From the NCBI GenBank assembly GCA_041651455.1, contig JBAZJG010000003.1, positions 18,517-82,516 on the forward strand: a DNA stretch of 64,000 nucleotides, read 5' to 3'. Every line of letters starts with the position of its first letter. Positions within the stretch are counted from its first letter, which is position 1. Below are positions 39,469 through 50,522 of this stretch, in pieces. Position numbers and translations under genes: made by a program. The notes beneath the pieces are model-generated. The model had not been told where the DNA came from. It made no database searches and saw nothing but the letters and a program-made list of their open reading frames with translations. This stretch comes from Candidatus Omnitrophota bacterium (lineage in GTDB: Bacteria > Omnitrophota > Gorgyraeia > Pluralincolimonadales > Pluralincolimonadaceae).

Positions 39469-39504
39469 ATTACGAGTTGGGGGAAATAACTTCAGGAGGG
39501 AAGG

Positions 39505-42500
39505 ATGTCTAAGTTAGGGATTTTCTCTGTTTTGGCGGTCTTATCGCTTGCCTGCGTTAGCCCTGCAGAGGCGGATGACGAATGGAAGGCCTCAGCCTCT
39601 TCCGTAGAGGAAAAATTCACTCCGGAGCTCGCCGTCGACGGCGATATCTCCACCCGCTGGTCAAGCCAGTTCGCCGATAACCAGTGGTGGTCAGTCGATT
39701 TCGGCGCCCAAAAAGACATAAAAAAGATAACCATAGTTTGGGAGGACGCATATCCCGCCGTATATAAGGTCCTTGTCTCACCTGACGGCAAGGCATGGCA
39801 GGCCGTGTTTGAGAATAAGAACGGCAAAGGCGGCTCGGACATCATCCCGGTAAACAGCATTAAAGCGCGGTACCTGAAGGTCGAGATGGCGGAGAGGGCC
39901 ACTCAATGGGGGAATTCCATCAGGGAGCTTAAGCTTAACGAACCTGACCCGATAAAAGCCAAGGCGTCAGCGTCCTCGGGAGATTCCGATTACAGCGCTC
40001 AGAAGGCCATTGACGGCGACATGCAGTCCCGGTGGTCGAGCAATTTCGAAGATAACCAGTGGTGGCAGGCGGATTTAGACTCCCCGCATAAGATCTGCGG
40101 CGTCATGTTAAAGTGGGAAACGGCTTTCACGGAGATATACAACATAGAGATAAAGGACTCCTCCGGGAAATGGAGGAAGGTATACGAGACCTCCGACGGC
40201 GACGGGAGCACGGATATAGTATATTTCGACCCGGTCGAGGCGACGGCATTGAAGATCAACTGTGTCCAGAGGGGTACCGGCTGGGGGAATTCGCTTTGGG
40301 AGGTCTCATTCCTCGACGGGAATAACCCGCCGGTGATATCCGGCGACGGCAAAATCATAGACATAAAGCTCCCGTCAAAGGCGGACCTCGGGGGCGTCGT
40401 ATTGTCGTGGGCGGATAATTACGCTAAGGAGTACGCGCTTGAGATCTCAAGGGACGGCAAGGATTTCAAGGAGATCTACAAGACCGCCGACGGCAACGGC
40501 GGTAAGGACCTGATATATTTCAAGGCCTCGCCGGTAAAGGAATTCAGGATCAAATGCATAAAGCCGGCATCCGGAAACCGCTGCGACATAAAGGGATTCG
40601 AGCCTAAGAGCGGCGAGGAACAGGCGACTCCGATCAAGATCTACCAGGCGCTCGCGAAGGAATCTCCGGCGGGGTATTATCCTATGTGGCTCAGGCGCCT
40701 GCAGGAATTCTGGACCGTGACCGGAGTGCCGGATTCGGACAACGAGGGATTATTCACGGAGACGGGCACATTCGAGCCGTATAAGGACGGTTTTTCGTTG
40801 ATGCCCTTCGTTTACGACGGCAGTAAGCTTTATACGGCCGAGGACTGCAGGGTCTCACAAGCGCTTGCGGATGGTTACTTGCCGATACCGTCGGTCGCAT
40901 GGGACCATTCCGACTGGTCGCTGGAGATAACGGCGCTGTCTGCGAGAGGTTCCGAAACATCATTGAGGTATGTCATTAGGAATACCGGAAAGGCGCAGTT
41001 AAATGGGAAATTATTCCTGGCGATCCGCCCGGTACAGGTAAATCCCATATGGCAGAGGGGCGGTTTCAGCCCCATCAACAAGATAGAATGCAAGCCTCCG
41101 GTCCTTTCCATAAACGGGAGGGATTGCCTCGTATCGGCCACGGAAGGCGTGTCGATGGGCGCGGCCGACCTGTCAAAGGGGGATGCGGTCGATTTCATGA
41201 AAAAAGGCGGGCTTCCGCCCTCGCTTACGGCGGATAGCGCAGAAGGAACGGCATCGGCCGGGCTTTCATTCGATGTGGCGGCCGCGCCGGGCGAAGCTAA
41301 CACTTTCATAGTGCAGATGCCTGCCGGCAAGCTGGCCGACTTCGATTCCGACCTTTCAAAGCAAAAGAGCTTCTGGAAGAACGAGCTCAGCAGGGTCTAC
41401 ATCGACATACCCGAGACGCGCATCACGGATGTCATGAGGACGAATATTGCCTATATTCTCATAAACAAGGACGGCCCGTGGATAAAGCCGGGCTCACGGA
41501 ACTATAACCATTCATGGATACGCGACGGAGCATTGACGAGCGCGGCGGTCCTCAGGATGGGCATAAACGACGAAGTAAAACAGTGGCTGGACGCGGTCGC
41601 CTCCAAGGTCATGGATAACGGGTACGTCCCGTATATAGTTTTTGAAGGCGGCAATCCGATCGGCCTTAATGACAACGGGACGGGCGAGGGCGTTGAGTGG
41701 GATTCGCAGGGTGAGTTCGTCTTCGCCGTCAGGAACTACGTGGATTATTCGGGGGATAAGGGGTACCTGCCTTCCATATACCCGAAGGTCGTTAAAGCAC
41801 TTGAGTTCACAAGGGACCTGAGACGCCGCAACATGACCGAGGAGTTCAAAAAAGACCCGAAGAAGATGCCATACTACGGAGTCCTGCCGAAATCGAACAG
41901 CCACGAGGGTTATTACCCGGCACAGACCAGTTACTGGGACGATTTCTTCGCCATAAGGGGATTCAAGGATGGCATATACCTCGCGGAGCTCATGAATGAC
42001 GCTGAAAGCGCGGAGTGGATGCGCGAGGAGCTCGACGATTTCCGCAAATGCCTTTATGAGTCGATACGGCTTGTAGTCGAAAGGGACAGACTCGACTATA
42101 TCCCCGGATGCGTAGAGAAAGGCGATTTCGACGCAACGTCCACCGCGATAGGGATAGTAGCGGCGGGAGAGTTGGAGTATATGCCGAAAGAGCTGCTGAA
42201 GAAGACGTTCGACAAGTATTACGCGGATTTTGTAAAAGGCATGGTCCCGGGTAAGGAGAGGACGTTCACGCCTTACGAGGTCCGTTCCGCTAATGCGTTC
42301 TTCAAGATGGACCAACGCGACCGCGGTCTTACGATGCTGCGCTATTTCCTAAAGGATTCCGTCAGGCCTTACGGATGGAACCATATGGCGGAGGTAGTAC
42401 ACGCGAAGGTCCGCGCTCCGTCATACATCGGCGATATGCCGCATACTTGGGTCGGGTCCGGGTACATAGACGCCGTCCGTACGATGTTCGTATATGAGGA

Positions 42501-42732
42501 CGACGGCAAGCTTATCCTCGGCGCCGGGCTTGCCCCGGAGTGGTTCGAGAAAGGCATAGAAGTCAGGGATATGCCGACGCTCTACGGGAAGATCTGTTAT
42601 AAGATAATCAAGAAGGGCGACAAAATCGAGTATTTCCTGTACGGGAACGCGAAGCCCCCGAAGGGCGTCAAGTTCGTGCTGCCGAAGGAACTCAGGGATT
42701 GCGTTATCGAGGAGATGAAAGCCGGGAAGTGA
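39505..42732 (+). CDS. Secreted multidomain carbohydrate-active protein: 4x F5/8 type C (discoidin/CBM32-like) domains + (alpha/alpha)6 six-hairpin glycosidase domain (GH15/GH63-like)
   Basis: Signal peptide; four ~140-aa repeats with the discoidin signature (NQWWxxDFG, RWSSxFxDNQWW); C-terminal region has NHSWIRDGA and a six-hairpin barrel. Confidence 0.7.
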   Translation: MSKLGIFSVLAVLSLACVSPAEADDEWKASASSVEEKFTPELAVDGDISTRWSSQFADNQWWSVDFGAQKDIKKITIVWEDAYPAVYKVLVSPDGKAWQAVFENKNGKGGSDIIPVNSIKARYLKVEMAERATQWGNSIRELKLNEPDPIKAKASASSGDSDYSAQKAIDGDMQSRWSSNFEDNQWWQADLDSPHKICGVMLKWETAFTEIYNIEIKDSSGKWRKVYETSDGDGSTDIVYFDPVEATALKINCVQRGTGWGNSLWEVSFLDGNNPPVISGDGKIIDIKLPSKADLGGVVLSWADNYAKEYALEISRDGKDFKEIYKTADGNGGKDLIYFKASPVKEFRIKCIKPASGNRCDIKGFEPKSGEEQATPIKIYQALAKESPAGYYPMWLRRLQEFWTVTGVPDSDNEGLFTETGTFEPYKDGFSLMPFVYDGSKLYTAEDCRVSQALADGYLPIPSVAWDHSDWSLEITALSARGSETSLRYVIRNTGKAQLNGKLFLAIRPVQVNPIWQRGGFSPINKIECKPPVLSINGRDCLVSATEGVSMGAADLSKGDAVDFMKKGGLPPSLTADSAEGTASAGLSFDVAAAPGEANTFIVQMPAGKLADFDSDLSKQKSFWKNELSRVYIDIPETRITDVMRTNIAYILINKDGPWIKPGSRNYNHSWIRDGALTSAAVLRMGINDEVKQWLDAVASKVMDNGYVPYIVFEGGNPIGLNDNGTGEGVEWDSQGEFVFAVRNYVDYSGDKGYLPSIYPKVVKALEFTRDLRRRNMTEEFKKDPKKMPYYGVLPKSNSHEGYYPAQTSYWDDFFAIRGFKDGIYLAELMNDAESAEWMREELDDFRKCLYESIRLVVERDRLDYIPGCVEKGDFDATSTAIGIVAAGELEYMPKELLKKTFDKYYADFVKGMVPGKERTFTPYEVRSANAFFKMDQRDRGLTMLRYFLKDSVRPYGWNHMAEVVHAKVRAPSYIGDMPHTWVGSGYIDAVRTMFVYEDDGKLILGAGLAPEWFEKGIEVRDMPTLYGKICYKIIKKGDKIEYFLYGNAKPPKGVKFVLPKELRDCVIEEMKAGK

Positions 42733-43514
42733 TAATAGATATACATACCCACGCCTGGCCGGAGAAGGTGTCGCGGAAGGCGAGGGAGAGCCTCGAGAAA
42801 CTGTTCGGCGAGAAGATGGTCTGTGATCCCACTGCAGGCAACCTGCTGGAACATATGGACCTCAACGGGATAGACATTAGCGTCATCTGTTCCGTCGCAA
42901 CGAGGCCGGAACAGGTCACGGGGATAAACGACTGGCTCTTCGGGGTAAGGAGCGAACGCTTAAAGGTCTTCTGCGCCTTCCATCCTGCCTATGCGGGATG
43001 GAAGGATGAGTTGAAAAGGATACGCGATAACGGAGACGGAATAAAACTCCAGCCGGAGTTCCAGGATTTCTTCGTCGATGACGAGATGATATTCCCCGCA
43101 TACGAGCAGATAGAGAAGACCGGATTGCCGGTCCTGTTCCATTGCGGCGAGGAGCTCTCCGGGACGATGCAGGTCAGGTCTTCGCCGTCGCGGATCGCGA
43201 AGGTCAGGGACAGGTTCCGCGGACTCAAGATGATCGGGGCGCATTTTGGAGGGTTCCGCCTCTGGGACGAGGTCAGGGAATACCTTATCGGAAAGGATAT
43301 CTACCTGGATACCTCGTTCTTTTTCGGGTTCCTTCCCGACGCAGAGGCAAAGAACATGATCCTATCCCACAGGCAGGACCGTTTGCTCTTCGGGACCGAT
43401 TTCCCGCTCGTTGATCAGGCAAGGGACCTAGGCTATATCGGCAGGCTCGGAATTGACGGTAGGCTTAAGGATATGATATTGTCGGCCAACGCAAAGGATT
43501 TGCTGTATTCCTGA
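42729..43514 (+). CDS. Amidohydrolase-2 family TIM-barrel metal-dependent hydrolase
   Basis: Probable GTG start (GTGA overlap with the upstream gene). IIDIHTHAWP motif and later metal ligands (HCGE, HFGG, D). Confidence 0.65.
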   Translation: MIIDIHTHAWPEKVSRKARESLEKLFGEKMVCDPTAGNLLEHMDLNGIDISVICSVATRPEQVTGINDWLFGVRSERLKVFCAFHPAYAGWKDELKRIRDNGDGIKLQPEFQDFFVDDEMIFPAYEQIEKTGLPVLFHCGEELSGTMQVRSSPSRIAKVRDRFRGLKMIGAHFGGFRLWDEVREYLIGKDIYLDTSFFFGFLPDAEAKNMILSHRQDRLLFGTDFPLVDQARDLGYIGRLGIDGRLKDMILSANAKDLLYS

Positions 43515-43572
43515 ATCGGTTTATCTGATAGCCGCCGTTTAAGTTGCGTCAAAACAGCCCGCCTTATTTCTC

Positions 43573-43601
43573 TTTACAAAAAGATGCCGTAATCGTATAA
43601 T
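43573..43601 (+). promoter_or_regulatory. Strong sigma70-type promoter TTTACA-N17-TATAAT upstream of recA
   Basis: -35 at 43573-43578 and -10 at 43596-43601, leaving a ~117-nt leader before ATG 43719. Confidence 0.55.
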
Positions 43602-43718
43602 AATCCAGTCATTAGGCGTGAAGTCCTGCCTGAAATATTTGAAAGAATATCCCTCAAGGCGCCGTCTATTAACGTGTCGGCGGCGCATAAACCATATAAA
43701 CCTTAAGGAGGGAAGAAT

Positions 43719-44765
<1,047 letters not shown>

Positions 44766-44788
44766 ACAAGCAAGGAGGTTGATCGGCA

Positions 44789-46207
44789 ATGTTTAAGCGG
44801 TTTGTCTTTATGATATTGCAGTTGGTTTTGGCGGCATCCGTATGCGGGCATGCATATGCGGAATCCGCCGTTCCCGGAGAGGATATCGCCGTCGCTAAGT
44901 CGCTTGAGAACGCTTTTGCCGGCGTCGCGGACAAGGTAGGGCCCTCAGTCGTGGCGATATCAACGATTCATACTGCGAAGATGCGCAGCCCGGGGGGAGG
45001 CGGACCGGGCGATGATGAGATGTTCCGGCAGTTCTTCAAGGACTTCTTCGGTGACATACCCGAGCGTGAGTTCATGCAAAGGGGCATCGGTTCAGGCTTC
45101 ATCATCGATCCCGACGGCTACATATTGACGAACCATCACGTCGTTGACGGCGCTGATAAAATAGAGGTCATCCTGCCGGACGGAAGGAAATTCGACGGAA
45201 AAGTCAAGGGGCAGGATACGAGGGCCGACCTCGCGGTGATAAAGATCAACGCTTCGAACCTCAAGGCGCTTGAGCTGGACGATTCCGATAGATTAAAGAT
45301 AGGGCAGTTCACGCTTGCAGTTGGCAACCCGTTCGGCATATCATCCAAACCTACGGTGACCGTTGGCGTAATAAGCGCGCTCAACCGCTCGCTGCCGAGG
45401 TCAAGCCGGGGCGACCGTGATTATTCCGACCTGATACAGACCGACGCGGCGATCAATCCTGGCAATAGCGGCGGTCCGCTGGTCGATATAGACGGCAAGG
45501 TTATAGGCATAAACGTAGCCATCATATCGACGACGGGCGGCTACCAGGGGATCGGCTTCGCGATACCTATAAATGTCGCCAAGAGAGTGTTAAGCGACCT
45601 CATCTCCGGCAGGAAGGTGCTTTACGGGTGGCTCGGTGTAAATGTTCAGGACCTTGATGAGGATCTCGCAAAACAATTCGGGCTTTCAGGCACGGAAGGC
45701 GTAGTTGTCGCGAAAGTGATGAACGGCAGCCCGGCCGAGAAGGGCAGGATGAAGACAGGCGACATCATCAGGACGTTCGACGGGAAACCGGTCGAGAACG
45801 TCCGCGAGCTGCTAAAACTGGTCGGTAGGGCGCCTATCGGGAAGAAGATAAAGGTCGTAGTATTGCGCGACAAGAAGGAAATGACGCTTGATATAGAGGT
45901 CGCGCAGAGGCCGGAGGCGATCGAGGAATTTGCCGATGAAGAACTCGGTTCCTGGCGCGGTATCGAGGTCATAAGTAAAGACGGCGTAACGGTCAGCAAT
46001 GTCGAGCCCGGAAGCCCCGCGGATGTTGCAGGGCTCAGGCGAGGCGATAGGATACTGGAGATAAACAGGAAAGCGATAAAAGATATAACGGATTATGACA
46101 AGGCCACAAAGAGCCTTAACGGCGATGTCCTCCTGTTGACGAACCGGGGATATGCCGTTATCAAGGAAGAGCCGAAAGAAGGGCGTGATAGCGACGAAAA
46201 ACGGTAA
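44789..46207 (+). CDS. htrA: Periplasmic serine endoprotease DegP/HtrA (trypsin-like + 2 PDZ)
   Basis: Signal peptide and catalytic triad motifs (TNHHVV, DLAVIKI, GNSGGPL), then two PDZ domains. Confidence 0.9.
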   Translation: MFKRFVFMILQLVLAASVCGHAYAESAVPGEDIAVAKSLENAFAGVADKVGPSVVAISTIHTAKMRSPGGGGPGDDEMFRQFFKDFFGDIPEREFMQRGIGSGFIIDPDGYILTNHHVVDGADKIEVILPDGRKFDGKVKGQDTRADLAVIKINASNLKALELDDSDRLKIGQFTLAVGNPFGISSKPTVTVGVISALNRSLPRSSRGDRDYSDLIQTDAAINPGNSGGPLVDIDGKVIGINVAIISTTGGYQGIGFAIPINVAKRVLSDLISGRKVLYGWLGVNVQDLDEDLAKQFGLSGTEGVVVAKVMNGSPAEKGRMKTGDIIRTFDGKPVENVRELLKLVGRAPIGKKIKVVVLRDKKEMTLDIEVAQRPEAIEEFADEELGSWRGIEVISKDGVTVSNVEPGSPADVAGLRRGDRILEINRKAIKDITDYDKATKSLNGDVLLLTNRGYAVIKEEPKEGRDSDEKR

Positions 46208-46700
46208 TATCGGCGCGGATGATGAGGCATTGAATAAAGCGAGGGCGGATGCCTTAAGGCTGTTAAGGTTCCGCCCGCGCAGCGTTAAGGAGATGGCCGG
46301 TCGCCTTAAACAGAAAGGGCATCGCGGCATAATAATAGCCCGAACCATAGATGAGCTTGAAAGCAAGGGCCTTCTCGATGACAAGACCTTCGCGAAACTC
46401 TGGATAGGCGACAGGATATCCCTGAAACCCGCCGGTAAAAGCCTCATAGTGAGGGAGCTCAGGGCGAAAGGGCTTGAAGAGAAGACGATAGAATCGGCGT
46501 TCGCCGAATATAAGGACCTGTTTGACGAGGCGGAACTGGCAGGCCCTCTCGCCAGGAGGAAGATAGCCGGACTTAAGGGGCTTGAACCGGAAAAGGCAAA
46601 GAAGAAGGTCTTCGATTTCCTAACCCGAAGGGGCTTTTCCTGTAACACGATCTGGAAGGTCATCAAGGATAATTATGACTACGGACCAACTGAGGAGTAA
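46152..46700 (+). CDS. recX: Regulatory protein RecX
   Basis: Three-helix repeats (ALRLLRFRPRSVKEM...). The true start is uncertain; the ORF overlaps htrA by 56 nt, and in-frame TTG/GTG alternatives exist. Confidence 0.7.
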   Translation: MPLSRKSRKKGVIATKNGNIGADDEALNKARADALRLLRFRPRSVKEMAGRLKQKGHRGIIIARTIDELESKGLLDDKTFAKLWIGDRISLKPAGKSLIVRELRAKGLEEKTIESAFAEYKDLFDEAELAGPLARRKIAGLKGLEPEKAKKKVFDFLTRRGFSCNTIWKVIKDNYDYGPTEE

Positions 46701-49302
46701 ATTCCTCAAATATTTCGAGGCGAAGGGGCATCCCGTCGTCCCGTCGGATTCATTAGTCCCGAAGGACGACCCGACTGTCCTCTTCACGAGCGCCGGGATG
46801 AACCAGTTCAAGGATTATTTCCTCGGCAAGAGGAAGGATATGCGGCGCGCCGCAAGCAGCCAGAAATGCCTGAGGACAGGCGATCTCGATAACGTGGGAA
46901 AGACACCGTCTCACCATTCGTTCTTTGAGATGCTCGGCAACTTCTCTTTCGGCGATTATTTCAAGGAAGACGCGATCGCATGGGCGTGGGAGTTCCTCAC
47001 GAAGGAACTCGGCATGAAGGAAAAGGACCTCTGGATATCGGTCTATAAGGATGACGACGAGGCGTTCAGGATCTGGAAAGATAAGATCAAGATCCCGGAA
47101 AACAGGATTTTAAGATTCGGCGCGAAGGATAATTTTTGGCCGGCAAACGCGCCTGAGGAGGGGCCAAACGGTCCGTGCGGCCCTTGTTCGGAGATATATT
47201 TTGACCGCGGCGAGAAGTACGGCTGCGGGAAGCCTGATTGCAAACCCGGGTGCTGCCGCAGGCACGTTGAGGTCTGGAACCTTGTCTTTACACAGTTCAA
47301 CAGGGTGGGCCTCAATAAGCTTGAGCCGCTGCCGAACAAGAACATAGACACAGGGATGGGTCTTGAACGGCTTGCCTCGGTCATGCAGGGTGTGCCGACG
47401 AATTTCGATACGGACATCTTCAGGCCTATCATAGACGAGATAAAGCAGTTTACGGATAAGGATGATACCGGCCACAGGAACGCCATTGCAGACCATGTAA
47501 GGGCCGCCGTCTTCTGCATCGCGGATGGAGTTCTTCCCGCGAATACCGGAAGGGGTTATGTGCTGAAGACCCTGATAAGGCGCTCGCTGGTACACGGGAA
47601 GTTCCTGGGCATAAACGAACCGTTCCTGTACAAGCTCGTAGACAGCGTGGTCCGCGCAATGAAAGGCGGGTATCCGGAGTTAGGCGAACGCAGGGAAAAT
47701 ATCAGCGTCATCATAAAGTCCGAGGAAGAGAAGTTCTTCCAGATAAACGAGGATGTAAGGGCCGACTTAGAATCGGCCGCTGCGGAATTGAAGGGTATGA
47801 ATAAGAAAGTCATCCCGGGAGACAAGCTGTTCTATTTCCACGATACGCGCGGCCTGCCGCTCGACCTTATCAAGGAGTTCGCGGCCGGCGAAGGGCTGGA
47901 GCTTGATATAAGCGGATACGAGAAGCTTATGGACGAGCAGCGCAGGAAATCACGCGGTGCGACAAAGCTTACCGGAGAAGTATTCGCCGAGACGCTTACG
48001 GCGGCGGTCCTCGGCACGGGATCGAGTTCCGAATATATCGGATATGATAAATTGGAGTCCGATGCGTCGATAATTGCACTGGTCAAGGAGAACAAGGCAG
48101 TCGGGTCCGTTGACTCGCCATCGGTTTTCGCGGCTGTACTCGACAGGACGCCATTCTATGGGGAGACAGGCGGCCAGGTCGGTGATACCGGCAAGCTTGA
48201 AGGGAACGGGTTGGACATCACCGTCACGGATACTAAACTGGTCGAAAAAGTACCGGTCCATATTTGCAGTATCAAGCAGGGCTCGGTAAAGGTCGGCGAT
48301 AAGGTCAAGGCCGCAGTAGACGGCAGAAGAAGGATGGCTATCGCTCGGCATCATACGGCGACGCACCTTTTGCAGGCGGCGCTTCGAAAGGTACTCGGGG
48401 CGCATGTCAACCAGTCGGGTTCATTGGTCGCGCCGGACAGGCTGCGTTTCGATTTTACGCATTTCAAGCCGATGAGCGCAGAGGAGATCGAGGCGACGGA
48501 ATCCCTTGTCAACGAGTATGTCAGGAAGAACGCTCCCCTTAACGTGCGAGTGATGGATATAGACGAGGCGAAGAAGATAGGGGCGACCGCCCTGTTCGGT
48601 GAAAAGTACGACAAAAAAGTGCGCGTAGTGGACGTAAAGGAAATCTCAAAGGAGTTCTGCGGCGGCACGCACCTGGGCGCTACAGGAGAGATAGGCATAT
48701 TCAAGATAATGTCGGAGGGTTCTGTCGCGGCCGGAATACGCAGGATCGAAGCCGTCGCCGGTGAAGCCGCATACGGGAAGATCAAGGAGTCGGAAAATAT
48801 ACTGAATGAGGTCGCGGATTCGCTTGCGGTAAAACCCGCCGGTCTTCCGGCGCAGATAGACGGGCTGCTGGCCAAGGTTAACGAGCTCGAGAAGAAGCTC
48901 AAGGGCCTCCAGTCCGAAAGCATAAAACAGAAGGCGAAAGAGCTTGTGTCCGCCGGGAAATTATCGGATAATAACATAAGTATCGTTGCAAAAAGGCTCG
49001 ACGGATACGCGCCCGACACCCTTGTAAACCTCACCGATTCAATAAAATCGTCACTGGGAAAAAACGCGGTCTCGATGCTTGTAGGAGCTTATGAAGGAAA
49101 GGCGTTCATCGTTGTAGGCGTCACGCAGGACCTTTCGGAGGGTGTTATCGACGCCCGCGCGATAGTAAAAACGATGTCCTCCGCGATTTCGGGCGGAGGA
49201 GGCGGACGGCCGGACCTCGCACAGGCCGGAGGAAAAGATATAACAAAACTGGATGAAGCGCTGAAGGCCGGGGAAAAAGCGGTAAAGGAAATCAAAAGAT
49301 GA
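46675..49302 (+). CDS. alaS: Alanine--tRNA ligase
   Basis: 875 aa with class II aaRS motifs, editing-domain HxxxH...CxxxH, and C-terminal DHHA1 (GGGGG). Confidence 0.95.
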   Translation: MTTDQLRSKFLKYFEAKGHPVVPSDSLVPKDDPTVLFTSAGMNQFKDYFLGKRKDMRRAASSQKCLRTGDLDNVGKTPSHHSFFEMLGNFSFGDYFKEDAIAWAWEFLTKELGMKEKDLWISVYKDDDEAFRIWKDKIKIPENRILRFGAKDNFWPANAPEEGPNGPCGPCSEIYFDRGEKYGCGKPDCKPGCCRRHVEVWNLVFTQFNRVGLNKLEPLPNKNIDTGMGLERLASVMQGVPTNFDTDIFRPIIDEIKQFTDKDDTGHRNAIADHVRAAVFCIADGVLPANTGRGYVLKTLIRRSLVHGKFLGINEPFLYKLVDSVVRAMKGGYPELGERRENISVIIKSEEEKFFQINEDVRADLESAAAELKGMNKKVIPGDKLFYFHDTRGLPLDLIKEFAAGEGLELDISGYEKLMDEQRRKSRGATKLTGEVFAETLTAAVLGTGSSSEYIGYDKLESDASIIALVKENKAVGSVDSPSVFAAVLDRTPFYGETGGQVGDTGKLEGNGLDITVTDTKLVEKVPVHICSIKQGSVKVGDKVKAAVDGRRRMAIARHHTATHLLQAALRKVLGAHVNQSGSLVAPDRLRFDFTHFKPMSAEEIEATESLVNEYVRKNAPLNVRVMDIDEAKKIGATALFGEKYDKKVRVVDVKEISKEFCGGTHLGATGEIGIFKIMSEGSVAAGIRRIEAVAGEAAYGKIKESENILNEVADSLAVKPAGLPAQIDGLLAKVNELEKKLKGLQSESIKQKAKELVSAGKLSDNNISIVAKRLDGYAPDTLVNLTDSIKSSLGKNAVSMLVGAYEGKAFIVVGVTQDLSEGVIDARAIVKTMSSAISGGGGGRPDLAQAGGKDITKLDEALKAGEKAVKEIKR

Positions 49303-50522
49303 AGATAGTCAGGTTATACAGCAAGGAATTCGAGAAACTATGCAGCAGGTATAATAACCGCAAGAAGAGGGTCTCGGACAGCGTAAGCAGGATCGTCGAA
49401 GACGTTAGGCTCAACGGCGATGAAGCGGTCATAAAATATACGAGGAAGTTCGATAAGGTCAAACTCTCGGCAAGACAGCTGCGCGTCACGGAGAGCGAAG
49501 CGAGCGGCGCGTTCCAGGACATAGATTCGGAATTCATATCTGAACTCAAGAACATAATAGATAACGTAACGAAATTCTACAAGAAGCAGGTCAGGAACAA
49601 GAAGTCGTGGAGGATAGTCGACGAGGACGGTGTAGTTCTCGGCGAGAAATACGAGCCGATAGAGCGGGTCGGTATATACGTTCCCGCAGGGACCGCACCG
49701 CTTGTATCGACAGTATATATGACCGTTTTGCCCGCCAAGGTGGCAGGCGTAAAGTCGATAGTGCTCTGCACTCCCCCCAACAAGTTCCAGAGCGTAGACC
49801 CGTATATACTGGCCGTCGCGAACTTGCTGAAGGTCGATGAGGTCTATAAGGTCGGCGGCGCCCAGGCCATTGCGGCGCTCGCTTTCGGCACGAAGACGAT
49901 ACCGAAAGTTGATAAGATAGTCGGGCCGGGCAATGATTATGTGACGGAAGCAAAAAGGCAGGTATTCGGCTACGCCGATATCGACATGATAGCCGGCCCT
50001 TCAGAAGTAGTAGTAGTGGCCAACAGGTCCACAAACCCGCTATTCGTCATAAAGGACCTCGAAGCGCAAAGCGAGCATTTTAAGGGGCTGCCTATACTAG
50101 TGACTACTTCCAAGCCGCTGGCTAACCTGGTCAGGAAGGAAGTCACGAACGGGTATATAATAATAACGAAGAACATGGAAGAGGCGTGTGATGTCGTGAA
50201 CCGGCTCGCGCCGGAGCATCTCCAGATAATGGTCAAGAGCCCGCAGAAGTGGCTAAAAAGGATAAAGAACGCCGGCGCTATATTCCTCGGACAATACAGC
50301 CCGACAGCTATAGGCGATTATGTCGCCGGGCCGAGCCATGTCCTGCCGACAAGCGGGACAGCGCGTTTCTTCTCGGGGCTGGGCGTCGAAGATTTCGTAA
50401 AATCCTCGCATATAATATCGTATTCGAAGAAAGCGCTCGAAAAAGCCAAGAGATCGATAGAGAAGATAACAAAGCTCGAGGGGCTCAGCAAACACCTCGA
50501 ATCCATTAAAGTGAGGTTCTAA
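49299..50522 (+). CDS. hisD: Histidinol dehydrogenase
   Basis: 407 aa with HisD motifs (GPGNDYVTEAK, AGPSEV). Confidence 0.9.
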   Translation: MKIVRLYSKEFEKLCSRYNNRKKRVSDSVSRIVEDVRLNGDEAVIKYTRKFDKVKLSARQLRVTESEASGAFQDIDSEFISELKNIIDNVTKFYKKQVRNKKSWRIVDEDGVVLGEKYEPIERVGIYVPAGTAPLVSTVYMTVLPAKVAGVKSIVLCTPPNKFQSVDPYILAVANLLKVDEVYKVGGAQAIAALAFGTKTIPKVDKIVGPGNDYVTEAKRQVFGYADIDMIAGPSEVVVVANRSTNPLFVIKDLEAQSEHFKGLPILVTTSKPLANLVRKEVTNGYIIITKNMEEACDVVNRLAPEHLQIMVKSPQKWLKRIKNAGAIFLGQYSPTAIGDYVAGPSHVLPTSGTARFFSGLGVEDFVKSSHIISYSKKALEKAKRSIEKITKLEGLSKHLESIKVRF

